A stretch of 64,000 nt of DNA, taken from assembly GCA_918797485.1 (NCBI GenBank), contig CAKKNE010000005.1, positions 2,790,001-2,854,000 on the forward strand, in the 5' to 3' direction. The translations under genes and the position numbers were made by a program. This document shows positions 11,501 to 19,496 of the stretch, piece by piece (position 1 is the stretch's first letter; each line of letters begins with the position of its first letter). A model generated the notes under the pieces. The model was given only the letters and a program-made list of their open reading frames with translations, was not told the origin of the DNA and searched no databases. Origin of the DNA: Pelagomonas calceolata. Taxonomy: Eukaryota.

Positions 11501-14500
11501 AGACGGGCGCGTCGCCGTCGACCCAGGCCAACGCATGCCCCAAGGCGTCGAGTTTTCGTAGCTTCGAGGCGAGGGGCGACGGTTGGGCACCGCAGCCGCC
11601 CAATCTCAGTAATGCTAGAGGTTTCGTATGAGTGTCGATGCCGAAGCCCTCCAGATTGTCCGGGAGTACGAGATCGTCATTCAACGATGAGCTTCCTCGT
11701 CGTAAGACCAATCTCACAACATCACACCTCGGCTGTTGTATATGCCCGCTTAACCGTACTCGTAGCGTCTCGACGCGATCTGTGATGGATCCTTCTTCGT
11801 ACCCCGACAAGGACGCATCATCATGGTTCCGCCAGAAGACAAAAGTTTCCAATAACGCGTCCGGCAAGAGCCCCCGTAAGCACCTAGCCGGTACGTACGT
11901 CTGCCGCACGTGCTGTTCCCTCCTTTTAGCTGTCCTAGAAATCTCAAGAGAAGAACCTCGTTCCGTGGAACAGTCAGGCCTTCCTCGCTCCAGCGGTTCG
12001 CCGTCCACACCATGATCGTCGAAGGCGTCGGCTCGCACGGCACCGGGTGCCGGCGGCGGCGGCACACCGAGAGACAACGACGCGTCCGACGTATAGATGA
12101 GCGCGCGCCACCACTGGCGGCCGTGTTCTACTAATTCATACACTTCAACTAGCGCCTCCTTTCTCCTACAATGCACCTCGCGCCAGTACTTTACCGTATC
12201 AACCTCGACGTACCCGACGCATACCGTATGCGTATCCCTCATACCTCCACCGGACAAGGCGAAGAGTTGGCATGATTGGAGCGGTCCAGTTGTTCTTAAC
12301 CTTTCTAACAACTCAGTGACCCAGCTGCCGGAAGCCTCCAGTGGTCTCAATGCATTAACCGCAAAGGGCGGTCGCGGCGCTAGCGGCGTGTTCTCTTGGG
12401 GCGGCTTGGACCACTTGACCACGTCGACCCGTCTTGATACTAATCTCCAATGACGTCTAAACGCCCTATGACTGACTTCGGCGGCCCGCAGGTCGTCGCC
12501 ACCAGAAGTGTTGTCTAGGGCCCTTTGCAGGTCGAGATGATCAGCAACCTCCCTCGGCAAGGCTTCGAGCCGTCTCGTTCGCAACGTGAACTCACCGAGC
12601 TGCGCGTCGACAATTTCCGCGTTCTTCGGTTCCAACACACCTCGCAGCCACGTCTCGTAGTCGTCGTCCTCGAGACCTTGGTCGGAAGCTCTAGGTGAGG
12701 GTGGCCTCTTCTGGTCATCCGGAGACACGGGAGAAAACCTACCAGGACAGGCCTTGTCTTCCTGCCATGTTCTCTCTACATTATTCCTCTGGCCTACCTC
12801 TTCGAAGGCCGACTCGGCGGCCGACGCCACCGCGTCGACGGCCGCCTCCAGGGCACACGCACCGTCACTCCCTCGCAGGAAAGTCAAGAGAGGCCCCCGA
12901 TGCCGCTGCCACACACTGCACAGTTCGGAATCGCTCAACCCGAGCGTGCCTTCCGCCAGTATCGATTTCGCTTGAGGGTCATGAGGGTCGACGTCCGCGT
13001 CGACCAGTGAATGGCTTTCGTCGTCGTCGTCATACGCCGCGAGGAAGCACTGCGCTTCGAGCAAGGCTGTGGCCGTCGCCGCATCTAAGACATCTCCTTC
13101 GACGCATTTGGCCGCCGCATACGCGATGTGCGCGTGCACAGCACACGCTCTTCTTAATGATGTTCTCGAGCCGTCCCGTGTGAGTGCGGGTAACCAGGCT
13201 TTCAATGCGGGTGCGACCTTTTCTCTCAATGTAGATGTTAACGCTTTTGCTGCACTGTTACAGACCGCCCTACGACTAGCGTCGGCCTCGTCTAGCCCTC
13301 GCGGCGTCGAGGCACCCGGCGCACTGTTGGGTTTTGGAGTTGCTGAACCACCAGCAACGGCTCTGAGAAACGTAACTGCTCTAGAAGCTGTTCTCGCCGC
13401 AAACAGGAAGGCCTCGGCCGCGCCGCGGGGCGCCCACGCGCCCACGTCGCCCTCTAGTGCCCTCGCTAGGATTTCATGAATCGCATCAACACAAGGTATC
13501 GGCGCCAGCGCCAATTCATTGAACAAGGCACCACAAGGCGTCCTCAAATGATCTCTGTGGGTTGCTGGTATAGAATCCACCCGTCTACAAGGCCGATCCG
13601 GCAGCCAGGGCCCCGGTTCGAACAAACACGCTTCGACGCAGCTTCGTAGACGCGCATCCCTCAAGCTTCTCGACCGTCGCGCGTCCGCGAAGAATCTCAA
13701 TACTAATGGCAATCTCAAATAAGGCGCCGTTAGCGCACAAAGTAACCTTTCGACATCTCGAGGCGGCAATGTGCCTTTGCCACCAGCTAGAGCCGCCACG
13801 CGCACCTCCAGCGCCTTGAGCTTGGCTTTCCGATCGGCCGGAGCGTTTTTCACGCGAGGCGACTCTCGAGGTGCCGACCCAAGATCACCAGGTAAACTCT
13901 TCAGATGCAAGACGTCGTCCTCCGTTATTACCACATCACCTGCTAAGTGAGAGGGGTCGCCTCCCGAAGGAGGTGCTCGTGGGAGTTGTGCTCCTTCGAT
14001 GGCCGCTCTCACTTTAGCCAAGGCAGTCCGAAGCGCCCCCGTGTCCTCGGAGTCGTCATCACTATCTTCATCTTGCGCATCACCCCCAACAACATCGACT
14101 CTCTCGCCGTACATCGTCACGGCTAGAGGCGCGCCGACGGCATCCGCCAGGCGCGAGCCGTGCGTCCTCTCATGTTTTTTCTGTCTCACGCGCTCGTCGC
14201 CGCCACGAGCTCGCTCCTCAAGACACCACCTCGGTGTCGCATCATCTACCGACCAATTCTGCCTTTCTACATTCGACGTCGGTGCCAATGCGACTTTCAG
14301 CACCAGGACGATATCTCTGAGATACTCTAACTCCGGTACATCTCTTAGCAAAGGCGAGTCCTGGACCAAGTAACCCGCTAACGAGGCGCCGCGCGGTTCT
14401 CTCTTGTAGCCTAGGGCCGTGCACAATCGATCTAGTAGTCTCGCATCGCCCGTACCTAGGGCCGGTCCTCGACTCCCAGCATCACCTCCCAAGAATGATG

Positions 14501-16697
14501 ACACGAGACCGGGCTGTTCTACGGCGGTCCTTTCCCAGCCGAACACTCGATTTCTATGCGGCGTTCGCTTCCTCAGTGCTCGGAAGTAGTCCAATAGACT
14601 GGTTCGAGCCGCTACGAGTGCGGGATCCGGGAGTAAGGCTCGTCCCGTATCAGCGGCAAAGTCTCGGACCGCAAAGCCGAACGGCTTTGAATTAGACGGT
14701 ACGACTTCGTTCGTCGTAGCTTCATAAAATAATGACAAGATACAAGGAGCGTCGACGGCGACGTTCCTCACAACCGCATCAGCGACGGCTGCTACTGCTG
14801 CTACTACGAGTACCCTTTCACCATCTAAGGCTCGCGTCTGGGCGCACGACGCCGCCGCGGCTGACGCATGCAAAGCGTTCCTCCTCAAGAGGAATAATAG
14901 ATCGGCTTGAAGGGAACGCGTGCACTCCGACCGCCAGAACCCGCCATTAATTTCCGGCGCTGGTAAGCATCTAAGAAATAAATGCGACACGAGCGCGAAA
15001 CGTCTAGCGTCGGCTCTAGGTACCCGATCGCGCATGTGTTCAAGAGTGACACAGGCTCGGTCGCACCGTCGCAACGCCGTGCAAGCTGCGGCTAGCGAGT
15101 CCCGAGGATAAGGACCTTGCCATTGCGGTTCTAAGGGCCACGTCACTCTAGCTAAGTCAGACGGTAGCACTAAGGCATCAGCATCCGCATCACCTGCCAA
15201 AAAATCCAAGTGGGCCTGCCGCTCCTGGTCCATATGTGCGAGTTCTCCGATTTTCTTCGGGAGTTCGCTGTGTAGATGCGTCGCGAAGGGCGCGAAGAGT
15301 ATGCCCGGAGCTCCAAAGTCCCGCGAGACCGCACATTTCAGGTCGTCGGACCGTAGTTGTGTTGTTGATACTTCCTCTGATGTTGCTACGGATAAGGCGT
15401 CGAGGACTCGTTGGGATGCTCTCTTGGCGTAGCTTAGTACCGCTTTTGTACTGACGTCTCTACTGTCCATGGAAGAAGCGTCTCTACAGACACTCTGAAC
15501 GCATGCTTTACATTGAGCTGCATCAGCGTCGCCTAGCCGACATGATCGTCGCTTAACTTCGTCCAATTGGTCCGCCAACACATCCAGACCCGCTCCCCTA
15601 ATAGCTAACGAGCAGGCCATCGCGGTCTCGTCATCCGCGCCCTTGGCTAGGTAGGCGCAGGCGCCGCGCGCCGCATACACCAAAGCGTGCGACGCTAACA
15701 ATCCTGAACCACCTTGCGTGGCGGCGACATCGACATACAGATCTAACGCTGTAGAGTCTCTAGCTTGGTCGTCGTCGTCCAGCACAGGCACGCATTCACC
15801 GTAAAAGTGGCGCGCCTTATCTAAACACTCGTTATTTTCCGCTACGACGGACGTGCAGGCCGTGCCGCACCGCGGACCGTCGTTCTCGTGTAATAACAGA
15901 GGCCGTAACAGCACGAACCAGCACGCCGCATGACTGACGCGATGTCTCGGTACCTTTTGGAGGGTCAACGCCGTTCGTCGCATGAAGGATCCCGTCGTCG
16001 TGTCTAGGCGCGACGCGTGGAACAACAGCCCGTCCGCGTCGCCGCCGCCATTGATAATAGCTACACTACACGCATTCTGGTCGTCGCCGGCCCAGCCGCC
16101 CGGTACGCCGCCTCGCGCGACGACAGCTAATAGTAAGTGGCCCTTCCTCTCTTTATCCGACCAGCCCACCGGCGCGATCAGTGATTGCCCTGGTTGTAAA
16201 GCTTCACAATCTCTAGCTAGGTTCGCTAATAATAACGCCGCTTGATCATCGGCCGCGTCCTTTTCCGCCTTTCTCGTCGCAGAAGCGTGGCCATCAATGA
16301 CATCTCTCAGAGCATCGACTCGCGCGGCGGCCGCGGCTAGAGCTCTCCTGGAAGCATCTAAAGGCGGCGCTAATTTATTCCCGGCATCACCGAACGCCTG
16401 CTCTTTGGTTTGCGACGCTCGTGCCGCGAGTCGCGCCGCGCCTCGCAGTGCGTTCGCGAGGTCGTGCCAAGGTAGAGATCTACTACCGGCGGGCGCCTCA
16501 AATTCCCTGACGCCCGGCCAGGCCGGCGCGCCCTCTACTAAAGCACGCCAGGCGCTCGATCTTAGTGAAGCGGGCGCATCATCATGAACGCCCGTCGCGT
16601 CGAAGGCGCCCTCGGCCTCTGCTCGTTCTTGCTCGGGCGCGCTCTTGTCTTTTTTGCCTCCAGTGATCTTGCTGGCGAGCTTGTTGAGGGCCTCCAT
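2562..16697 (-). CDS. Giant (4711 aa) DUF3638/DUF3645-family P-loop NTPase with EF-hand, Vps62-like region and Pro/DPF-rich tail
   Basis: Uninterrupted 14.1-kb ORF. Walker A QMIMGSGKTT (~8895-8925), Walker B IVDEVDVILDP (~8275-8305), DUF3645-type LAVPFVGKDRPSDASEFSHPDV (~7370-7435), helicase-like GFSGT and FYDHAHCTGLDVKQ, EF-hand DLNGDGWIALDEL (~4245-4285), Vps62-like WAPVPPDGNYVALGHVAT (~3450-3505). Confidence 0.85.
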   Translation of the reverse strand: MEALNKLASKITGGKKDKSAPEQERAEAEGAFDATGVHDDAPASLRSSAWRALVEGAPAWPGVREFEAPAGSRSLPWHDLANALRGAARLAARASQTKEQAFGDAGNKLAPPLDASRRALAAAAARVDALRDVIDGHASATRKAEKDAADDQAALLLANLARDCEALQPGQSLIAPVGWSDKERKGHLLLAVVARGGVPGGWAGDDQNACSVAIINGGGDADGLLFHASRLDTTTGSFMRRTALTLQKVPRHRVSHAACWFVLLRPLLLHENDGPRCGTACTSVVAENNECLDKARHFYGECVPVLDDDDQARDSTALDLYVDVAATQGGSGLLASHALVYAARGACAYLAKGADDETAMACSLAIRGAGLDVLADQLDEVKRRSCRLGDADAAQCKACVQSVCRDASSMDSRDVSTKAVLSYAKRASQRVLDALSVATSEEVSTTQLRSDDLKCAVSRDFGAPGILFAPFATHLHSELPKKIGELAHMDQERQAHLDFLAGDADADALVLPSDLARVTWPLEPQWQGPYPRDSLAAACTALRRCDRACVTLEHMRDRVPRADARRFALVSHLFLRCLPAPEINGGFWRSECTRSLQADLLFLLRRNALHASAAAASCAQTRALDGERVLVVAAVAAVADAVVRNVAVDAPCILSLFYEATTNEVVPSNSKPFGFAVRDFAADTGRALLPDPALVAARTSLLDYFRALRKRTPHRNRVFGWERTAVEQPGLVSSFLGGDAGSRGPALGTGDARLLDRLCTALGYKREPRGASLAGYLVQDSPLLRDVPELEYLRDIVLVLKVALAPTSNVERQNWSVDDATPRWCLEERARGGDERVRQKKHERTHGSRLADAVGAPLAVTMYGERVDVVGGDAQDEDSDDDSEDTGALRTALAKVRAAIEGAQLPRAPPSGGDPSHLAGDVVITEDDVLHLKSLPGDLGSAPRESPRVKNAPADRKAKLKALEVRVAALAGGKGTLPPRDVERLLCALTAPYLRLPLVLRFFADARRSRSLRDARLRSCVEACLFEPGPWLPDRPCRRVDSIPATHRDHLRTPCGALFNELALAPIPCVDAIHEILARALEGDVGAWAPRGAAEAFLFAARTASRAVTFLRAVAGGSATPKPNSAPGASTPRGLDEADASRRAVCNSAAKALTSTLREKVAPALKAWLPALTRDGSRTSLRRACAVHAHIAYAAAKCVEGDVLDAATATALLEAQCFLAAYDDDDESHSLVDADVDPHDPQAKSILAEGTLGLSDSELCSVWQRHRGPLLTFLRGSDGACALEAAVDAVASAAESAFEEVGQRNNVERTWQEDKACPGRFSPVSPDDQKRPPSPRASDQGLEDDDYETWLRGVLEPKNAEIVDAQLGEFTLRTRRLEALPREVADHLDLQRALDNTSGGDDLRAAEVSHRAFRRHWRLVSRRVDVVKWSKPPQENTPLAPRPPFAVNALRPLEASGSWVTELLERLRTTGPLQSCQLFALSGGGMRDTHTVCVGYVEVDTVKYWREVHCRRKEALVEVYELVEHGRQWWRALIYTSDASLSLGVPPPPAPGAVRADAFDDHGVDGEPLERGRPDCSTERGSSLEISRTAKRREQHVRQTYVPARCLRGLLPDALLETFVFWRNHDDASLSGYEEGSITDRVETLRVRLSGHIQQPRCDVVRLVLRRGSSSLNDDLVLPDNLEGFGIDTHTKPLALLRLGGCGAQPSPLASKLRKLDALGHALAWVDGDAPVSEKSMWAGQQDDPEAQVSIIELPRLRITLRLNEGRYYCDEYDGYALIDATALRGEDDDLDRRGDALNLVAPLGACVVLRDPDTFDLKVLTSAGSRPFRTPTGKRVVFDHDDSRWRKHDAGHHLYGVDRLQGQLVPDDACAAVAQVLRLCLARRYDAAAAVAPACASDEARPPLVDCLISALSACQNDIEADARACRLKLSLATLDCGCDAFISVDDWPWAFAEEAAMVVHHARRINAQCAFSEAEEARALAEVERRRAPLGFRDDACDAPLRRAVANRSLCVQSHSQPTLQDYAIAPSLVVSEARVCVDIAWAACRWPDERCRRAKPTAWAAPYMRPCGFEVPATDSQTGLPVQGPPRSASVLGGRAIAWLRKSVAFSGGTVGESLEGAKADATRDGCFGATPFGVCYELLTNTLPLRVGDRDGAFGWGVALLHLYERAFDAAGGRGGLDDGGVLCYSTLAILARRAALAQSLSRSGKAPRYLPPEKPSGYMESIISSGDATQPLKKAWVGLATALRAAHKAGELLPDANRPPLSSTRPPSVMASISTKETYTEVAADSVPFDPDEARRALGHATTGPPSFDAALVEDAIAHGAPDGLVITSIRSRNVSSTPPYDLSTTAVAGEPTASAYVQRLHHAAREDGALEREREVPSLLGFDEKGDRAKAKQTAKTLADSLSSAVQRDAAKARVARRRLSSLLDGSDEDERRWHASVGCARRKRTLGDVLRALAQGRAERPDISALACGVALLEGRCAAARRGCRAARRLEERVSTKDDWRELVLEAEALAATLCETRKHFRNADGSTLVPQHKAQPSQRNSSYVYDARLFLMERAWDIILREAQVHTARTLCDDASAKKSSLRQMIMGSGKTTVLTPSLVASLADGKTLVVVVVPHALVVFTRNVLQKALSRPSLGRRPVRRLRFGRRTFMGISLLKKLRAITRDGGVLLSDPTAMKALFLKSVEVLHHLDEASRFTQDSHRTSKERNLAKRKQSTFSSLFKSAKSKANDKARAAALGLDAKPEAQSSELERKIAGAAERTEREAELRSLRAQAQVASSILEMLKSNSVAIVDEVDVILDPLKSELNWPLGARAPLDFTAATNPTGLRWRVPYLLLDAVIGAALGRQLLPSIVVDSDDDSDEEGEDEDQALESDDDCLEADGDEVREASREKASVDDAFFGGDDEGVATRRQLAAARQEIDDIVQDGLEKGHLQARPHPTLVSEKWYVASLKPVLARWVLLLLRSPTRAAAALAGAAYAGNLGDLDDSLVLHYLIGEGEDRKRAAQAVDSCCSDDQAKLLNLYHSWLTHMLPFALSRVDRVAYGLLSPADLERAARRHADAEGSVVTEKHLEAVPLARRLLAVPFVGKDRPSDASEFSHPDVLIGLTTLAVFHEGLRYGDVLWLLHDLQRDFRRETGPIKKRKSFKRYARYVQLAGGRMRGLKTSKSRLLDIEDSRPEVWPVHFLDLQDDSQVRPVYELLRSSKAAGRDYLWRRSFPETLALRPSKLAASGQELGGEAIFDVRIGFSGTPNDLVPAELGVCVYEKATDGRINRVLADSDVVSKYLVQPGWTPKKLLEIIATSDEFLALIDCGALVTGLSNREVAEYLITTGLRHVDGVLFYDEEDVACICSRSDGGGTKVTDALTANLKPGRRFTFYDHAHCTGLDVKQRVDCVAALTVSKDTTLRDAAQAAFRLRRLGAGQRCRLFLIPQIANCVSEATKAPLSDVRKDIDEGWSQKGLVRVLSWLAVNQIRRERVNFFVLAEQNVQNVARKVAHATLISSSNNVGVAGEQESRLRGCLDVFRTRVDFTVENAVPTPRPTSERIAQTIEDHADLMNSASDFGTAQRMLQQVAAAESASRAKNQQAWAFEAVQEEEAEEEEEQEQEQEQEQERRQEEEVIVDELAKRDAPEPQRYVRDDEAPIPWSLDTLRRPVDPRHPFYALSEFGVYRRSYLQSKPPRVNFTPDLRVSPNYFRPAWRQSAPRRLKNVTVVLEWDPNDQGTIVDEAAADLALANGQSVRSLSDTARGSLRRAFDYVSEATTFREEGSARRAKQAQEARAAENAFAAETGGSQVLAFTSSETDLKKLDQIDQERSQHLLACANVRETSDRDASSPELFADAFQRLALRRADQGGGASYVVLSLAEAEHMRGALHASFRGNASLPARTALRIVGSWDGSTPSEGTTRLDDPLAPGVGLVLDATKARPRPDLERDSTALAQLQFFDNADDVSPKHGALLLRALQATPPAERVRFRDDIRKSRRRPQVALFGAAGWLGAAFGKRPTVEGSVVDEDERIDPINAPMRHGVAALVVDEEAAVVEYRAAHRAVRLALQRRGIPAAALLRRCARASKAMRHQQTYDPGRLAPVAAVASAVHWLGLGAFGLAAHVDFRQRKALDDARNDLCDNLADAMDLNGDGWIALDELRAGLRDAAPRDLLKSPFLSLPRLRPAVPSPAPRMDRNALLKAVDALNPWRKPDPREAEARAKAARRKLHEKALDADGAQKPSKENLHSEARRATDDNDVLDDETLAYAKRLASEDLKGLHIKLQPPKKLEPVWSSLGTASGKPISLWRLSGTRATSSKLRLSLGDYLTEGVADPLLNSNFDENQLEMAWDSNQNEVSGVLCLELSDQYTFRRNRTRWLKACAERLFPPPIRYRQVWHLPQGDRSVYGWAPVPPDGNYVALGHVATRTDAPPPPRAVRCVPIAMVDALAAIQILGSKPAWTNSSLGGRKGSLWRHAHGGLLVVARGHAIDQKQPLHRLRRPSMLAFDYRACLRARPAAPPKPVVPPPPPKPKTPPPQVAAAAFDPLRKTPPKPPPRPKTPPRPPTMPARTTPPRPAPFGQFSPPKPQPPPKQQPPDLLADPFAGGDLLAPTPTPAPAPPLLDPIFSGMTNAPAAVPDPFAPAPPKKGADLLGDLLAPTETKADPFADPFASPPQKAEGGGTFKIDVMAAAFGSCVCGRPKGDHIGAELRCPPVKEDPFDGL

Positions 16698-17020
16698 TTA
16701 TGTCGTTTCAGCGAGGTCTTCCACGCGCCGCGCCGCTCCTCGCGCGTGCGCCGCGCGGAAGAGCACTCCTTGGGTTTTGTGTCTCCGCTGTGCTAGCACT
16801 TCGAAGACAGAACTTCTGGTTTTGCACGTGTGTACTCAGCAGATCTCACACGTTAAGAGGATGCCAACGAGCTCGCGCTGCTTAGCGCTGCTCGGGCACT
16901 TTATTTGCTCGGGAGTGCTAGTATGCAAGCACGCTAGCTCAAGCTGCGGGCGCACCGGTGGCACAAGCCACGGCAGGCGTTGGCGGGTGTGCAGTAGTGC
17001 AAACGACTCTCCATCGAGTC

Positions 17021-17803
17021 ATGCGGTGGCGTTACATATCCTTTCTTGCATTCGTGCGCTGCCTGACGCCATCGAAGCGACCACACCACAGCATCACCTG
17101 GACCACTGCGGACGGCTCACGCGTCATCGATGGCGTACAACGCGGCGAATTGCTCCGCACAGCGTTACTACGACGCGGTTTCAGCCCGCACAATAATAAC
17201 TCGCAATTGATCAATTGCCGAGGGCTCGGGACGTGCGGCACGTGCGCGGTTGAGGTGCGAGGCGCTGTCGAGCCCGCAGAAGCGTCGGCGCGCGAGAGAC
17301 TACGCCTTTCCTTCCCCCCTCATGAGCTACGAGCTAACTTGCGCCTTGCTTGCCAGTGTACTGTGCATGGTGATGTTGTCGTGTCGAAATTCGAAGGCTT
17401 CTGGGGTGCGCGGCCTACGCTCGCGCCCACTGCTGCGAACGCCAAGACGTACTTTGGCGAGTTAGAATTCTTACTCGACCGAAGGACGCCGCCCACCGCC
17501 GAGCTGCGACCGCTCGCGAACGACGCGCTCAACGATTTAGGGTGGCGCCTGCGCGACTTGGGCGGCGTCGTGCGGCGTGAGGTCGACCGCGCGCTCCGAG
17601 ACGGGCCCTGTGAGGTCTGCAACGGGACCGAGGTCGTCGATTGTCCGAATTGTGATGGAATGGGCCGCTACGTGACCTACGGGACTGAAACCGAGTGCAA
17701 GGCCTGCCGGGGCTCGGGGCAGGTCGTGTGCCGCGCGTGCTTCAAGGGCGATCCGTGGGACCTCGAGGCCGTCCGGGAGCGGGCGAGGCGCAGGCCCGAC
17801 TAA
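17021..17803 (+). CDS. 2Fe-2S ferredoxin-domain protein fused to a DnaJ-type CxxCxGxG zinc finger; probable signal peptide
   Basis: NCRGLGTCGTCAVEV...LRLACQC (2Fe-2S ligands). C-terminal CEVCNGT, CPNCDGMG, CKACRGSG, CRAC. The first in-frame ATG at 17021 gives MRWRYISFLAFVRC. Confidence 0.85.
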   Translation: MRWRYISFLAFVRCLTPSKRPHHSITWTTADGSRVIDGVQRGELLRTALLRRGFSPHNNNSQLINCRGLGTCGTCAVEVRGAVEPAEASARERLRLSFPPHELRANLRLACQCTVHGDVVVSKFEGFWGARPTLAPTAANAKTYFGELEFLLDRRTPPTAELRPLANDALNDLGWRLRDLGGVVRREVDRALRDGPCEVCNGTEVVDCPNCDGMGRYVTYGTETECKACRGSGQVVCRACFKGDPWDLEAVRERARRRPD

Positions 17804-18047
17804 GTCTACTGTGTGTTCGATAGGTACCCCGGGGGCGCCCCCCGGAATCCCCCGGGGGCCCTAAGCCCGCGGATGATATGTCACCGCCAGTGGTAAGAAG
17901 TCAAGAGTAGTAGGCGGCGCCTTCTTACACGGACCACAGAGGCGCAGCGCCGGGGGTAGGTAGACAGGGGCAGGGTTCAACAGGCTTGGTCTTGGCGCCG
18001 CGGGGTTAAACTCTCTGACGTAAGAGAGTCCCGCGGCGGAGAGAACT

Positions 18048-19016
18048 TCAGGTGGACGCGAGCTTGGCGCGGGCCTTTCTGACGTCGGCGTGGTCGGCGC
18101 CGAGGCGCTGCGTCAGGATGGCCACGGCGCGCTCGCGGAGTTTCCTAGCTTCAGCGACGGCGACGGGGCGCTTCGACTTGGGGCTGCGCTTCTTACTGAA
18201 GACGGCGACGGGGCCGTCCGACGCCACGGCCGTGGCCAGGCGCAGCAGCGCCTTGGCGACGCGCGGGTCGTCTCCACCGAGGACCTCGAACTTGATGGCG
18301 CACGATCTTCTCAAAAGTTGGACGGCCTTGTCGTCGCCGACCGCATGCAATGTGGTCGCGAGGTTCGTCAGAGCCGTCGCGACGGCGAGGCGCGCCTCGT
18401 CGGAACCCAGATCTCTAGCACAAGCCTCCCGCAACGCCAATGCTGTCGTGTAGCGAACGGTAGCCTCGGCGAAGCGGCCCGACGTCGCCAACAACTCCCC
18501 GAGAGCCGTCTCGGCGTCGGCCTGGAGGCGCGGCGGACTGGGCACCTCCTCGAGCAGCTTGGCCGCCCTTCGCGCGCAGGCCTCGGCCTCTGATTTCGAG
18601 CGCATCTGGCGCGCGCTTTTCAGTAGAGACGCCGCGACGATGCACGCGTCCTTCGACGCCTGGGCGGCCACCGCGTTGGCCCTGTCCACGTCGACCTCGA
18701 GTCCAGCTTCACAGGCGTAGGCCTGGGCCACGGTCTCCACGGACTTCCTCCTCAAAGCTTCGCGGTTCGCCAGCTCCACGTCGACGACGAGGTTGGGTCT
18801 TCTTCTCTTCGGTGACGGCTCAGCATTTGCCTTCTTCGGCTTGTTCGCCGGGCTCACGTCGTGCGACACGCGCGCGACGCGGTCGGGCGAGGCCGGCGCG
18901 CGGCGCGGCAGCGGCTCCATGGACACGTCGACGGCGAGGCCCTCGAACGCCGTCGGGCCCAGGGCGCGCGCGAATAAATTGGGTGATGGGGCTGGAACGC
19001 TTTTTGCGACCTCCAT
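18048..19016 (-). CDS. TPR-repeat protein (kinesin-light-chain-like TPRs)
   Basis: ALGELLATSGRFAEATVRYTTALA, VATALTNLATTLHAVG, EVLGGDDPRVAKALLRLA and QRLGADHADV are typical TPR_12-type repeats. Confidence 0.75.
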   Translation of the reverse strand: MEVAKSVPAPSPNLFARALGPTAFEGLAVDVSMEPLPRRAPASPDRVARVSHDVSPANKPKKANAEPSPKRRRPNLVVDVELANREALRRKSVETVAQAYACEAGLEVDVDRANAVAAQASKDACIVAASLLKSARQMRSKSEAEACARRAAKLLEEVPSPPRLQADAETALGELLATSGRFAEATVRYTTALALREACARDLGSDEARLAVATALTNLATTLHAVGDDKAVQLLRRSCAIKFEVLGGDDPRVAKALLRLATAVASDGPVAVFSKKRSPKSKRPVAVAEARKLRERAVAILTQRLGADHADVRKARAKLAST

Positions 19017-19496
19017 CTTGTACGTCGCGGCGTTTTTTGGGCTGGGCAGCTTCAGAGGGGCTGCGGCGTTGTTTGCTGCCTGCCCCGCGTGTTACGGAAT
19101 TTCCTGGCGGCCGCAAACAGCCAGTTCTTTGGTCCCCTTCCCAGCGCATTCCTTAATTGAATTTGAATGACGTAGTAATTTTTGGGACTCCTAAAATGGA
19201 CCCTGGCGCGTCCAGCGTCCGCGCGCCGCTGCTGGTCGAGTTTTGAGACCGAAATTTTTTTCCATTTTCAATTCGGGTTTTTGACGATTTTGCCGGCTTT
19301 GTGGGACGATTACTCGACGGTGCGTCGCTTTAGATTGCAGTGGAAGCGGGCGAGCAGTCCTCCCATTGGTGCTCCACGCTTCGAGCTACTCGTTTTCTCG
19401 CGTTGAGACGCTGCTGTCGAAAAAACCGCAGCAACGACTGCAGCGCATTTTGTAGCGCATTTGCAGCGCGTTCGCAACGCGCGAGCCGCTGCCGAC

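Noticed and set aside
17054..17091. GTGCGC...CCACAG with an Introner-like ACGCCATCGA inside the ferredoxin gene
   Set aside because: Removing 38 nt would break the frame from ATG 17021; the unspliced sequence gives a sensible targeting peptide.
17990..18050. SECIS element or selenocysteine readthrough of the TPR gene's TGA
   Set aside because: The hairpin lacks the AUGA/GA quartet and apical AA arrangement, and there is no redox motif at the TGA.
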